Source: Candidatus Poribacteria bacterium
Lineage (GTDB): Bacteria > Poribacteria > WGA-4E > WGA-3G
Assembly: GCA_965205025.1 (NCBI GenBank)
Contig: CBDBFU010000015.1
Coordinates: forward strand, 352,001 to 416,000
Direction of reading: 5' to 3'
Length of the DNA stretch: 64,000 bases
Part shown: in pieces, positions 20,864 to 29,059 of the stretch
Position numbering within the stretch: the first letter of the stretch is position 1
Layout of the letters: each line of letters opens with the position of its first letter
Program-made: the position numbers and the translations under genes
The notes under the pieces: generated by a model
What the model saw: only the letters and a program-made list of their open reading frames with translations
Databases searched by the model: none
Told to the model about the DNA's origin: nothing

Positions 20864-22042
20864 ATGCGAATCATCTTTTATACAGGTAAAGGCGGAGTAG
20901 GAAAAACAACTATCTCCGCAGCCACAGGTATGAAATTGGCATCACTCGGTTATAAAACAATCGTTATTTCTCTTGACGTAGCACATTCCCTAAGAGACTC
21001 ATTTGATAGTGAAGAAAAACTCATCGCACAATCCAACGAAAAACAGATACAAATTGCAGATAACCTCTGGATACAGGAGATAAACGTACAAGAGGCAATC
21101 GTTGAATACTGGGACGAAGTATATAACTACCTACGTTCACTGCTCAACCGCTCCGGCCTTGAAACCCTCGTAGCTGAAGAAATCGCAGTATTCCCCGGTA
21201 TGGAAGAAATATGTGCTCTCCTCTACATAAACCAATACGTCCGTGAAAACAATTACGATGTCATAATCCTTGACTGCGCACCAACAGGCGAATCCCTACG
21301 GTTTGTTAGTATCCCCACCACCCTTGAATGGTACATGAACCGAATCTTCAAATTAGAACGAAATCTCGCCAAAATCGCCGGTCCACTAATAGAAACCGTC
21401 AGCTCTGTTCCAATACCAAAAGACGCATACTTTCAAAATATACAAACACTATTCGATAAACTTGAAGGAATAGATAAAATACTCACCGATCCAAAAATTA
21501 CAACTGTACGTCTTGTAACAAACCCAGAAAAAATTGTAATCAAAGAAACACAACGAGCTTTTATGTACTTTTGTCTATACGGATTATGTATTGATGCAGT
21601 TATTATAAACCGGATTTTTCCAGATGGTGTTGATCTCGAATTCTTTGAAGTTTGGAAACAAACACAACAACACTATATAGACGAAGCAAATAATTATTTC
21701 TCCGATGTTCCTGTATGGAAAGTAAACCTATTTGGAGACCAAATTATCGGGGAAAACGGTCTACGGAAACTTGGTGATGTACTCTACGCAGATATAGATC
21801 CAGCAGAACGGTTTGCCGACCAAAGTCCATACAAATTTACGAAAACGAATGAGCTGTATCAACTTACTATGCAATTGCCCTTCTTGACGAAAGATGAAGT
21901 AAATCTAACAAAACACGGAGATGAACTCATTGTTACAATCGGTGGGTTTAAACGGCACGTCGCAATTCCACGAAGTTTGGTAGACAGTAAAGTCTCTGGA
22001 GCAAAATTAACAGGGCAGCAACTTGTTATCACATTCAAGTAA
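20864..22042 (+). CDS. ArsA/GET3-family ATPase with C-terminal HSP20-like domain
   Basis: GKGGVGKTT, SLDVAHSL, FPGMEE, DCAPTG, DELIVTIGGFKRH. Confidence 0.9.
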   Translation: MRIIFYTGKGGVGKTTISAATGMKLASLGYKTIVISLDVAHSLRDSFDSEEKLIAQSNEKQIQIADNLWIQEINVQEAIVEYWDEVYNYLRSLLNRSGLETLVAEEIAVFPGMEEICALLYINQYVRENNYDVIILDCAPTGESLRFVSIPTTLEWYMNRIFKLERNLAKIAGPLIETVSSVPIPKDAYFQNIQTLFDKLEGIDKILTDPKITTVRLVTNPEKIVIKETQRAFMYFCLYGLCIDAVIINRIFPDGVDLEFFEVWKQTQQHYIDEANNYFSDVPVWKVNLFGDQIIGENGLRKLGDVLYADIDPAERFADQSPYKFTKTNELYQLTMQLPFLTKDEVNLTKHGDELIVTIGGFKRHVAIPRSLVDSKVSGAKLTGQQLVITFK

Positions 22043-22071
22043 ACCTTTAACAAACTATAACGTCACATAAT

Positions 22072-22800
22072 ATGGCATCATTAAAAAACAAATTAAATAC
22101 AGATAAACCTGTATTTACCGTAGCCTTAACCACTTTATTAACGTTTTTAGTAATATTTATTGTTCCAGTGAAATCGTTCGGAATTAAACCAATTTGGTGG
22201 CTTTACCCTAACATACTACTCGCAAGCATCTGGTTTGCTTATCACATTCGATTAAAACCTGATTATACTGAAGATGAATCCTCCCAACTCCTAATAAGAA
22301 GTGTTTTCTTCGGCTGTGCAGTAGTATTAACCTACCTACCACTGGATTGGCTATTTTCAAGAAAAGTAAAGTTCATCGTTTACGGTAGTCTTGATTTCTT
22401 GGGAAATGTCACAACACCAATTGGTATAATATTAAGTTGGGTAATATTCGGCACAGTTTATGTTTACTGCTACCATCGCCTTAAAATGTTTGGTCTACAC
22501 TCTTTACTTGCATCAAGTATTACAGGATGCGCAGCTGCAATCGGAGGGGTAATTATTTATGCACTCGGAAAGAAATTATGGGATTGGAATGCACTATATC
22601 TACAGAATATACCGACCATCGCATCGGTTCCCATTTTTGTTCCGATCACATACTTACTCACTTTCACACTATACCCCTACTATTTTTACCGAAACCAGCA
22701 TGCACTAATAGCAGGCATAAGATGCGGACTTTTCTTAGGTATAGTTATGTTTTTGAGTTTTCTACTTTTTTGGAGAATCCCAAATCCAAGTTTAGGCTAA
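22072..22800 (+). CDS. Multi-pass membrane protein of unknown function
   Basis: About 7-8 hydrophobic segments; follows the ATPase closely. Confidence 0.7.
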   Translation: MASLKNKLNTDKPVFTVALTTLLTFLVIFIVPVKSFGIKPIWWLYPNILLASIWFAYHIRLKPDYTEDESSQLLIRSVFFGCAVVLTYLPLDWLFSRKVKFIVYGSLDFLGNVTTPIGIILSWVIFGTVYVYCYHRLKMFGLHSLLASSITGCAAAIGGVIIYALGKKLWDWNALYLQNIPTIASVPIFVPITYLLTFTLYPYYFYRNQHALIAGIRCGLFLGIVMFLSFLLFWRIPNPSLG

Positions 22801-23194
22801 GACATATTCGCACTTGTACTTAAACAGATCATTAAAAAATAACTTTACAATTAAATAAAATTTAATGAAGAAATATAAGTTTAAAGGATCATATATTCTG
22901 TATGAGGGAACTCCGATTCCAACGAATTCCATGGGGAAATATACGGCATACCGAACAATACATAAATGAAAATAAAAGACACAAAATTCCTCACTTTTGA
23001 AAATTTTCGTAACCTGAAAAAAGTGACTATAAACCCACTGTAGGACTGGCGGGATCGCGTGTTTTCTAATGTCACACCATGTGACAAAAAGTGTAACTTT
23101 TCTAAACGACTAGAAACCATTAACTTTACTATAAGTTAATTATTAAAAATCTTTATATTGCTCTAATAACTATAAAACATACGTTAGGAAGAAA

Positions 23195-23758
23195 ATGTAC
23201 GATTTAAATCAAGAAAAAAGAATACGTTCAACAACAATATTAGCTGTACGAAAGAACGGAGAAATTGCTATTGGCGGAGATGGGCAGGTTACATTAGGCA
23301 ACACGGCTATTAAACACGGGGCGCAAAAAATAAGAAAAATATACAACGAACGTGTTCTCATCGGATTTGCAGGATCAGTTTCTGACGCACTCACACTTTA
23401 TGAAAATTTGGAGAAGAAATTAGAACAATATCGTGGAAATCTACAAAAAGCAACTGTAGAACTCGCAAGAGACTGGCGCAGTGACCGTATATTAAGACGC
23501 GTTGATGCCTTGATGATTGCTATTGATGAAAAAGATGGATACCTCATCTCTGGGACCGGGGATGTTATCGTACCAGATGATGACGTTCTCTCAATCGGTT
23601 CAGGTTCACCAATTGCCCTTTCCGCTGCCAGAGCATTATTAAAGTATTCAAAACTATCCGCTTCGGAGGTAGTTGCCGAAGCTTTAAGAATTACCAGTGA
23701 AATTTGCATTTACACAAACGCACAAATTGAAATAGAATCATTAGAAACAAATGAATAA
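23195..23758 (+). CDS. hslV: ATP-dependent protease subunit HslV
   Basis: STTILAVRK, GDGQVT, GFAGS, IGSGS, ICIYTN. Confidence 0.96.
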   Translation: MYDLNQEKRIRSTTILAVRKNGEIAIGGDGQVTLGNTAIKHGAQKIRKIYNERVLIGFAGSVSDALTLYENLEKKLEQYRGNLQKATVELARDWRSDRILRRVDALMIAIDEKDGYLISGTGDVIVPDDDVLSIGSGSPIALSAARALLKYSKLSASEVVAEALRITSEICIYTNAQIEIESLETNE

Positions 23759-23827
23759 AACTGAATTATCAGGGTTATTTAATTTTCGATATTTTGGTAA
23801 TTATGTTCACACACGTAACTGCTGTTT

Positions 23828-23895
23828 GTAGGTTGGGTAGAGCGGAGCGAAAACCGATACGTTTGGTTCATGTTGGGTTCCGAAAACTCAACCCA
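23828..23895. repeat. GTAG-type REP doublet (REPIN-like)
   Basis: GTAGGTTGGGTAGAGCGGAGCGAAAACC ... GTTGGGTTCCGAAAACTCAACCC. Confidence 0.6.
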
Positions 23896-23976
23896 TAGGA
23901 TTCTATATCAAAATACCGTACTCCAGCGGAGTACTATGTCTATAGAAAACTTAATACACACTTAAGTTATAGCATA

Positions 23977-24106
23977 ATTAACGTATGTGATTCACGGAAA
24001 ATCGATCTACTTTAAATTATGAACCCTTATAGAATAAGGGTTCATAAAAATGCTCCGTGAAGGTTTCCGTGAAAGTGGAAACATTTCAAGACGACAAATA
24101 TTAACA
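23977..24106. repeat. ~130-bp dispersed intergenic element, copy 2
   Basis: Inverted homolog of 17952-18080, between hslV and hslU. Confidence 0.85.
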
Positions 24107-24188
24107 GTTATAAATATTAAATTTATGTTTATGGTTTTCAGAAGCTAACGTACAAGGAGAATATCAAACGTTTATTCAGGAGGAAACT

Positions 24189-25676
24189 TTGGAGAAACAA
24201 ATTGCTGAAAAAAGAACTTTAGAACAAGCACTTACCCCAAAGCAGATTGTCGAAGAACTTGACAAATACATCATAGGACAATATGAAGCAAAACGCAGTG
24301 TCGCAATCGCTTTAAGAAATAGGGCAAGACGACAAATGCTATCTGAGGATATGCAAGATGAAGTCGCACCAAAAAACATCATTATGATAGGATCAACAGG
24401 GGTCGGCAAAACGGAAATTGCACGACGACTCGCTCGACTTGTTGATGCTCCGTTCATAAAGGTTGAAGCGTCAAAATACACCGAAATCGGTTATGTCGGA
24501 CGGGATGTCGAATCTATGATACGGGATCTTACAGAACTTTCAATTAGTAAGGTCAAAGAAGAACAGACTGCCGCTGTTGAAGAAGCCGCATTAGAATCTG
24601 CAGATGAACGCCTATTGGACTGCCTTTTTCCCACACCTCGAGCCCTAAAAAATCAGAATGAAAACAGATCTGATGAATTAGATATAGAGGACATTGAAGA
24701 TCTTGATATGGATGAAGCAGTCGATATGCAATTCCCGTTTGAATTAGACACTGACGAAGAATCAGATGAAGCATTAGAAAAACGCCGAGAACGCCACGAA
24801 AAAACACGAGAAAAACTACGAAAACAACTAAAGGACGGGAAATTTGAAGACCGACCTGTAGAAATTAATATGAAAAGTCGCAGTATGCCTTTCGTGGAGA
24901 TATTCTCACCCGGTGGCATTGAAGAGATGGATATCAACTTCAAAGATATGTTCAGTAATCTACTGCCAAATCAGACAAAAAAACGACGAGTGCCTGTCTC
25001 TGAAGCAAGACAAATTCTCATGCAAGAGGAAGCAGAAAAAATTATTGATATGGATGCCGTCATAAGCGATGCTATCGAACGGGTCGAAAATACTGGGATC
25101 GTATTTCTGGATGAAATTGATAAAATCGCCGGACGGGAATCACGACAGGGACCTGATGTTTCACGCGAAGGTGTTCAACGGGATATACTCCCTATCATTG
25201 AAGGAAGCACTATCACAACAAAATACGGTTCCGTACGAACACATCATATCCTCTTCATCGCAGCCGGTGCTTTTCATGTCTCAAGTCCATCTGATCTTAT
25301 CCCAGAACTCCAGGGAAGATTTCCTATAAGAGTTGAACTAAAGAGTCTAAATCAGGACGATTTCAAATCTATTCTCACTGAACCAAAAAATGCTTTAGTC
25401 AAGCAATATACGGCACTTCTTGATACAGAAGGAATCCAAGCTACTATCACAGAGGATGCAATTAACGAAATTGCTGCCCTCGCATTTCAGGTAAACGAAT
25501 CTGTGGAAGATATTGGGGCACGAAGACTCCACACCATCATGGAAAAGCTATTTGAAAATCTGTTCTTCGAAGCACCAGATCTGGAAAAAGAGGATATTAC
25601 AATTGATGCAAATTATGTAAATGGTGAATTAGCTGAGATCGTAAAAGACCAAGATCTCAGCAGATATATCCTCTAA
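24189..25676 (+). CDS. hslU: ATP-dependent protease ATPase HslU
   Basis: [52 protein letters not shown]. Confidence 0.97.
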   Translation: MEKQIAEKRTLEQALTPKQIVEELDKYIIGQYEAKRSVAIALRNRARRQMLSEDMQDEVAPKNIIMIGSTGVGKTEIARRLARLVDAPFIKVEASKYTEIGYVGRDVESMIRDLTELSISKVKEEQTAAVEEAALESADERLLDCLFPTPRALKNQNENRSDELDIEDIEDLDMDEAVDMQFPFELDTDEESDEALEKRRERHEKTREKLRKQLKDGKFEDRPVEINMKSRSMPFVEIFSPGGIEEMDINFKDMFSNLLPNQTKKRRVPVSEARQILMQEEAEKIIDMDAVISDAIERVENTGIVFLDEIDKIAGRESRQGPDVSREGVQRDILPIIEGSTITTKYGSVRTHHILFIAAGAFHVSSPSDLIPELQGRFPIRVELKSLNQDDFKSILTEPKNALVKQYTALLDTEGIQATITEDAINEIAALAFQVNESVEDIGARRLHTIMEKLFENLFFEAPDLEKEDITIDANYVNGELAEIVKDQDLSRYIL

Positions 25677-25744
25677 CCATTTATCGTTTGGTCCAATATA
25701 ATTCTTCGTGGGGATGGGGTCTCCCCATCCGTTGGTTGAATATA

Positions 25745-26052
25745 ATAACATTTTCAATTGATAGATTTACATTATGACTTACTTGATACAGGGATTATCA
25801 TATACATATTATGAGTCCCGTAGGGACGGAATGTCTATAGCAAAGATGGTTGCTACACACTCTTGAGTCCCGTAGGGACGGAATGTCTATAGCACCCGTA
25901 GGGACGGAATGTAAACTAATACCATTTCTAATTGAAAATGTCTCTTTTTTGTACCACAAACTTTCAGTTTGTGACCTGAAAAATGGCTACCATAATAACC
26001 GCCTAATGAGACAATAATTTATAGAAATGGTATAATTAAGTAAAATTGGTAT
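25745..26052. mobile_element. MITE-like element A, copy 1, with internal CCCGTAGGGACGGAATGT repeats and a nested MITE
   Basis: Both ends match 28749-28968; flanked by REP-like GTRGGGAYGGGGTCTCCCCRTCCGTTGG on both sides. Confidence 0.75.
25920..26032. mobile_element. Nested 113-bp MITE with 11-bp TIRs and TAA target duplication
   Basis: TAA-[TACCATTTCTA...TAGAAATGGTA]-TAA; empty site AAACTAATTAAG present at ~28943-28954. Confidence 0.85.
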
Positions 26053-26141
26053 AACTTCGTAGGGACGGGGTCTCCCCGTCCGTTGGAGGGAATCCGATCC
26101 CCGACATACTTTCTTACATCAAACACACGTTCCGTTAGGAT

Positions 26142-27017
26142 TTAACGATCACCCGTGATCCGACGCATCTGCTGTGCTGTGAGAAGTTGCTGTTCAAAAC
26201 GGGGTATACCTTCCGCTCGTTTAATGAAATCATCTAAATAACGGTTCATCATCAGATGATCCCCTTTTTTTTCATAAACAATTGCGAGTCGGAAATACGC
26301 CTCCACTTCAGTACTATCTAAAGACAATCCTTTCTCATAGGTTTGGATGGCAGGAAGCACTTCATCGGTTTGTTCATAAGCAAGTCCAAGATTGAAATAG
26401 ACTGTGGCATCACCACCATCTAATTCAATCCCCGCTTTATAATATTTTATGGCTTCCTGATAAGATTCTCTGAACAGGAAAGCATCACCAAGATTGTAAT
26501 AGGTATCTACAAAGGTAGCATCAGATTTAATAGCGTTTAGATATGCCTCTAATGCTTCATCAAATCTATCGGATAGCGCGAAAGCATAACCCAAATTATT
26601 ATTGAAGGCAGGATTATCCGGATCAATTTCAAGTGCTGATCGAAACATCTCTATCGCTAACAGGAACATCCGTTGATCTATATAAACTAAACCTAAGTTG
26701 TTATATGCATGTGGATGCTTTTCGTCAAGGGAGATGGCAGTCTGGAAGGATTCTATCGCTTTCTCATGTTCACCTAACTGATGATAGATTTTGCCTAATT
26801 CAATATGTCCTGCTGGATCAATCGGATTGAGTTGTTGTCCCATTTCAAGTTTGAGGGCTTCACGTTTCAGATCTCTTTCTTGCTGGGTTGTCTCCTCTGC
26901 AGGACATCCGAATAGATGACATATAAACACCGTTATGAGTAACAGTGAAATGACACGAATACATTGTCTTATTACATTTGGAAAGGAAGAATGATGATTA
27001 TAGACACACATACACAT
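26142..27017 (-). CDS. TPR-repeat (lipo)protein; start codon uncertain
   Basis: Repeated AYNNLG / YYNLG / YFNLG TPR motifs; LFGC lipobox-like. Confidence 0.85.
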   Translation of the reverse strand: MCMCVYNHHSSFPNVIRQCIRVISLLLITVFICHLFGCPAEETTQQERDLKREALKLEMGQQLNPIDPAGHIELGKIYHQLGEHEKAIESFQTAISLDEKHPHAYNNLGLVYIDQRMFLLAIEMFRSALEIDPDNPAFNNNLGYAFALSDRFDEALEAYLNAIKSDATFVDTYYNLGDAFLFRESYQEAIKYYKAGIELDGGDATVYFNLGLAYEQTDEVLPAIQTYEKGLSLDSTEVEAYFRLAIVYEKKGDHLMMNRYLDDFIKRAEGIPRFEQQLLTAQQMRRITGDR

Positions 27018-27830
27018 TTTTATGACCCCACGAGACCAGAAGGTGTACCGTGGCCAAACCCTGATGATGAAATACTTTACCGCACGGTTATGCCAGATGA
27101 TTACAAAAAACTTGCAGTTCCTGAAGGTGTAACGGGGACAGTTGTTGTTGAAGCCAGTAAGTGGATAGAAGACAACAAATGGATTCTGGATCTTGCTGCA
27201 AATGAACCGTATATTGTTGGGTTTGTTGGAAACTTAGATCCTAATGATGAGGAATTTGAAGACAACCTAAATCGTTTTTCTGCTAACCCACTTTTCCGTG
27301 GAATACGCCTCGGTGGTGGTCATCTTCAAGCACTCCACGATACCGATTTCGTTGCAAATATTGAAAAATTGGCTGAAAAGGAACTCACCTTAGACCTGCT
27401 TATTAATCCTGATGCTCTCCGCTTGGTACCAACTTTGGTTGAACATATCCCGACCCTTCGTGTGGTTGTTAATCACATTGCTGGTGTACGGGTTGACGGG
27501 AATCCCCCTGATACGGCTTGGGTATCTGCAATTCAAGAAGTTGGTCGTTATCCGAATCTCTACTGCAAAGTCTCCGGGTTAGCAGAACACACCGGACAAC
27601 AACCTGCTCCCGATGATGTTGCCTACTATACCCCCACAGTTGATGTACTATGGAATGCATTTGGGGAAGATAGGCTTATCTATGGAAGTAATTGGCCCGT
27701 ATCAGAACGTTTCGCACCATACGCCACAGTGCAAAAAATTGTTGAGGACTACTTTAACCTCAAAGGCGATGTTGCTACAGAAAAATACTTCTGGCAAAAT
27801 GCTAAGCAAGCGTACCAACTATCGGTTTAG
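26991..27830 (+). CDS. Amidohydrolase_2 family (sugar lactonase-like)
   Basis: IIDTHTHF, VVNHIA, CKVSGL, YGSNWPVS; AAGGAAG RBS before ATG 26991. Confidence 0.88.
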   Translation: MMIIDTHTHFYDPTRPEGVPWPNPDDEILYRTVMPDDYKKLAVPEGVTGTVVVEASKWIEDNKWILDLAANEPYIVGFVGNLDPNDEEFEDNLNRFSANPLFRGIRLGGGHLQALHDTDFVANIEKLAEKELTLDLLINPDALRLVPTLVEHIPTLRVVVNHIAGVRVDGNPPDTAWVSAIQEVGRYPNLYCKVSGLAEHTGQQPAPDDVAYYTPTVDVLWNAFGEDRLIYGSNWPVSERFAPYATVQKIVEDYFNLKGDVATEKYFWQNAKQAYQLSV

Positions 27831-28426
27831 GCAACCCAACGGATAAACTCACCAGCAGGTTTGCGGTGCGGATCCTTGATTTCATCAGGGTATCCAGTAT
27901 AGAAGAACCCAATAATATATTCCTGGGATGAATCTATTCCCAGCAGTTGATATGTCCGCTCTTCCATAGTAATTGGACCGGTGCTCCATTGCATGCCTAC
28001 GCCAGCATCCCATGCAGCGAGTTGAACGTTCTGCATCGCACAACATGCAGCAGCATAATCTTCTCGTTGTCGTTGTTCATCACCGTCCTGTAGACAGGAA
28101 ACGGCAATGATCGTTGGCTTAGACATAAACTTCTCATAAGCCAACTCACCAATCTTGGCAAGATTCTCAGCATCGACGTGATCAGGTGTACCCTCCATTT
28201 TGATTTCTTTATATCGCTCAGCGAGTATCAATTTTGTTTTTTCACCGATGACAGTAAATCGCCACGGTTCTGTAATGTGGTGATTCGGTGCCCATATTCC
28301 GTAACTGAAAACCTGTTCAATTACATCATTCGGCACGGGTTCCGGTTTAAACTTAAATATCGTCCGTCTTGTCATAATCGCATCTTTCACATCCATAAAA
28401 CTTCCTCCTTGTTGTATTATGGTCAA
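27827..28426 (-). CDS. Nitroreductase family protein
   Basis: AIMTRRTI, WAPNHHITEPWRF, AMQNVQLAAW, WSTG. Confidence 0.9.
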   Translation of the reverse strand: MTIIQQGGSFMDVKDAIMTRRTIFKFKPEPVPNDVIEQVFSYGIWAPNHHITEPWRFTVIGEKTKLILAERYKEIKMEGTPDHVDAENLAKIGELAYEKFMSKPTIIAVSCLQDGDEQRQREDYAAACCAMQNVQLAAWDAGVGMQWSTGPITMEERTYQLLGIDSSQEYIIGFFYTGYPDEIKDPHRKPAGEFIRWVA

Positions 28427-28465
28427 TTGGAACGTTGATTGAAAGCGGTAGAATATACCAACGTC

Positions 28466-29059
28466 TTATCTCAACGCATCTATTAGGTGTCCCACCGCTT
28501 CAACAGTATCCTCAATTTCTTTCTTTGGTATATTAGCAATAGTAGCATGGCTGAGCGGGTTTAAAATACGAGTCCGATACAACTCAATATCGTTAATCAG
28601 TTTCTGGTTCAACAAAGCAGAACCCCCATTTTCAGTTCTTCTCTTATTTTCAATTTTGATTGCATCCCAGAAATCTTGAGCGTCTTGTTTGTTCGGGTCT
28701 CGGCGATATTTGACTGGAAGATGTTCATCCTCACAGAATCCTCAATTATAATACCATTTTCAATTGACAGATTTACATTATGACTTAGGTGATACAAGCA
28801 TTATCATACATATTATGAGTCCCATAGGGACGAAATGTCTATAGAAAACATGTCTATCCTCTATCATGAGTCCCATAGGGACGGAATGTTTATAGAATAC
28901 CTTTTAAACTAAATTGGTTTTTTCCTATCTGGTATTTAATGTAAACTAATTAAGTAAAATTGGTATTATTTCAAACGCGGTGCGCAAATAATTGCACATG
29001 CTTTTGATACGTCCCATAAAAGCCTTAAAGTTTTTAATTTCAATTTTGGTAATTCTCAT
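28466..29059 (-). pseudogene. Remnant ABC/AAA-ATPase with HEPN-like C-terminus; internally deleted and interrupted by element A
   Basis: ATGA-coupled start MRITKIEIKNFKAF; YLRTAFE; after the insertion FCEDEHLPVKY...YRTRILNPLSH...LIDALR*. Confidence 0.7.
28749..28968. mobile_element. MITE-like element A, copy 2
   Basis: Imperfect TIRs TAATACCATTTT / AAAATTGGTATTA; two GAGTCCCATAGGGACGRAATGT repeats; homologous to 25745-26052. Confidence 0.8.

Noticed and set aside
20864-22042. Arsenic resistance operon
   Set aside because: Single ATPase domain with an HSP20-like tail and no arsB/acr3/arsC/arsR nearby.
25812-25912. Spaced repeats GAGTCCCGTAGGGACGGAATGTCTATAG resembling a CRISPR array
   Set aside because: Only 2-3 copies with irregular short spacers, inside a dispersed MITE-like element; no cas genes in the window.
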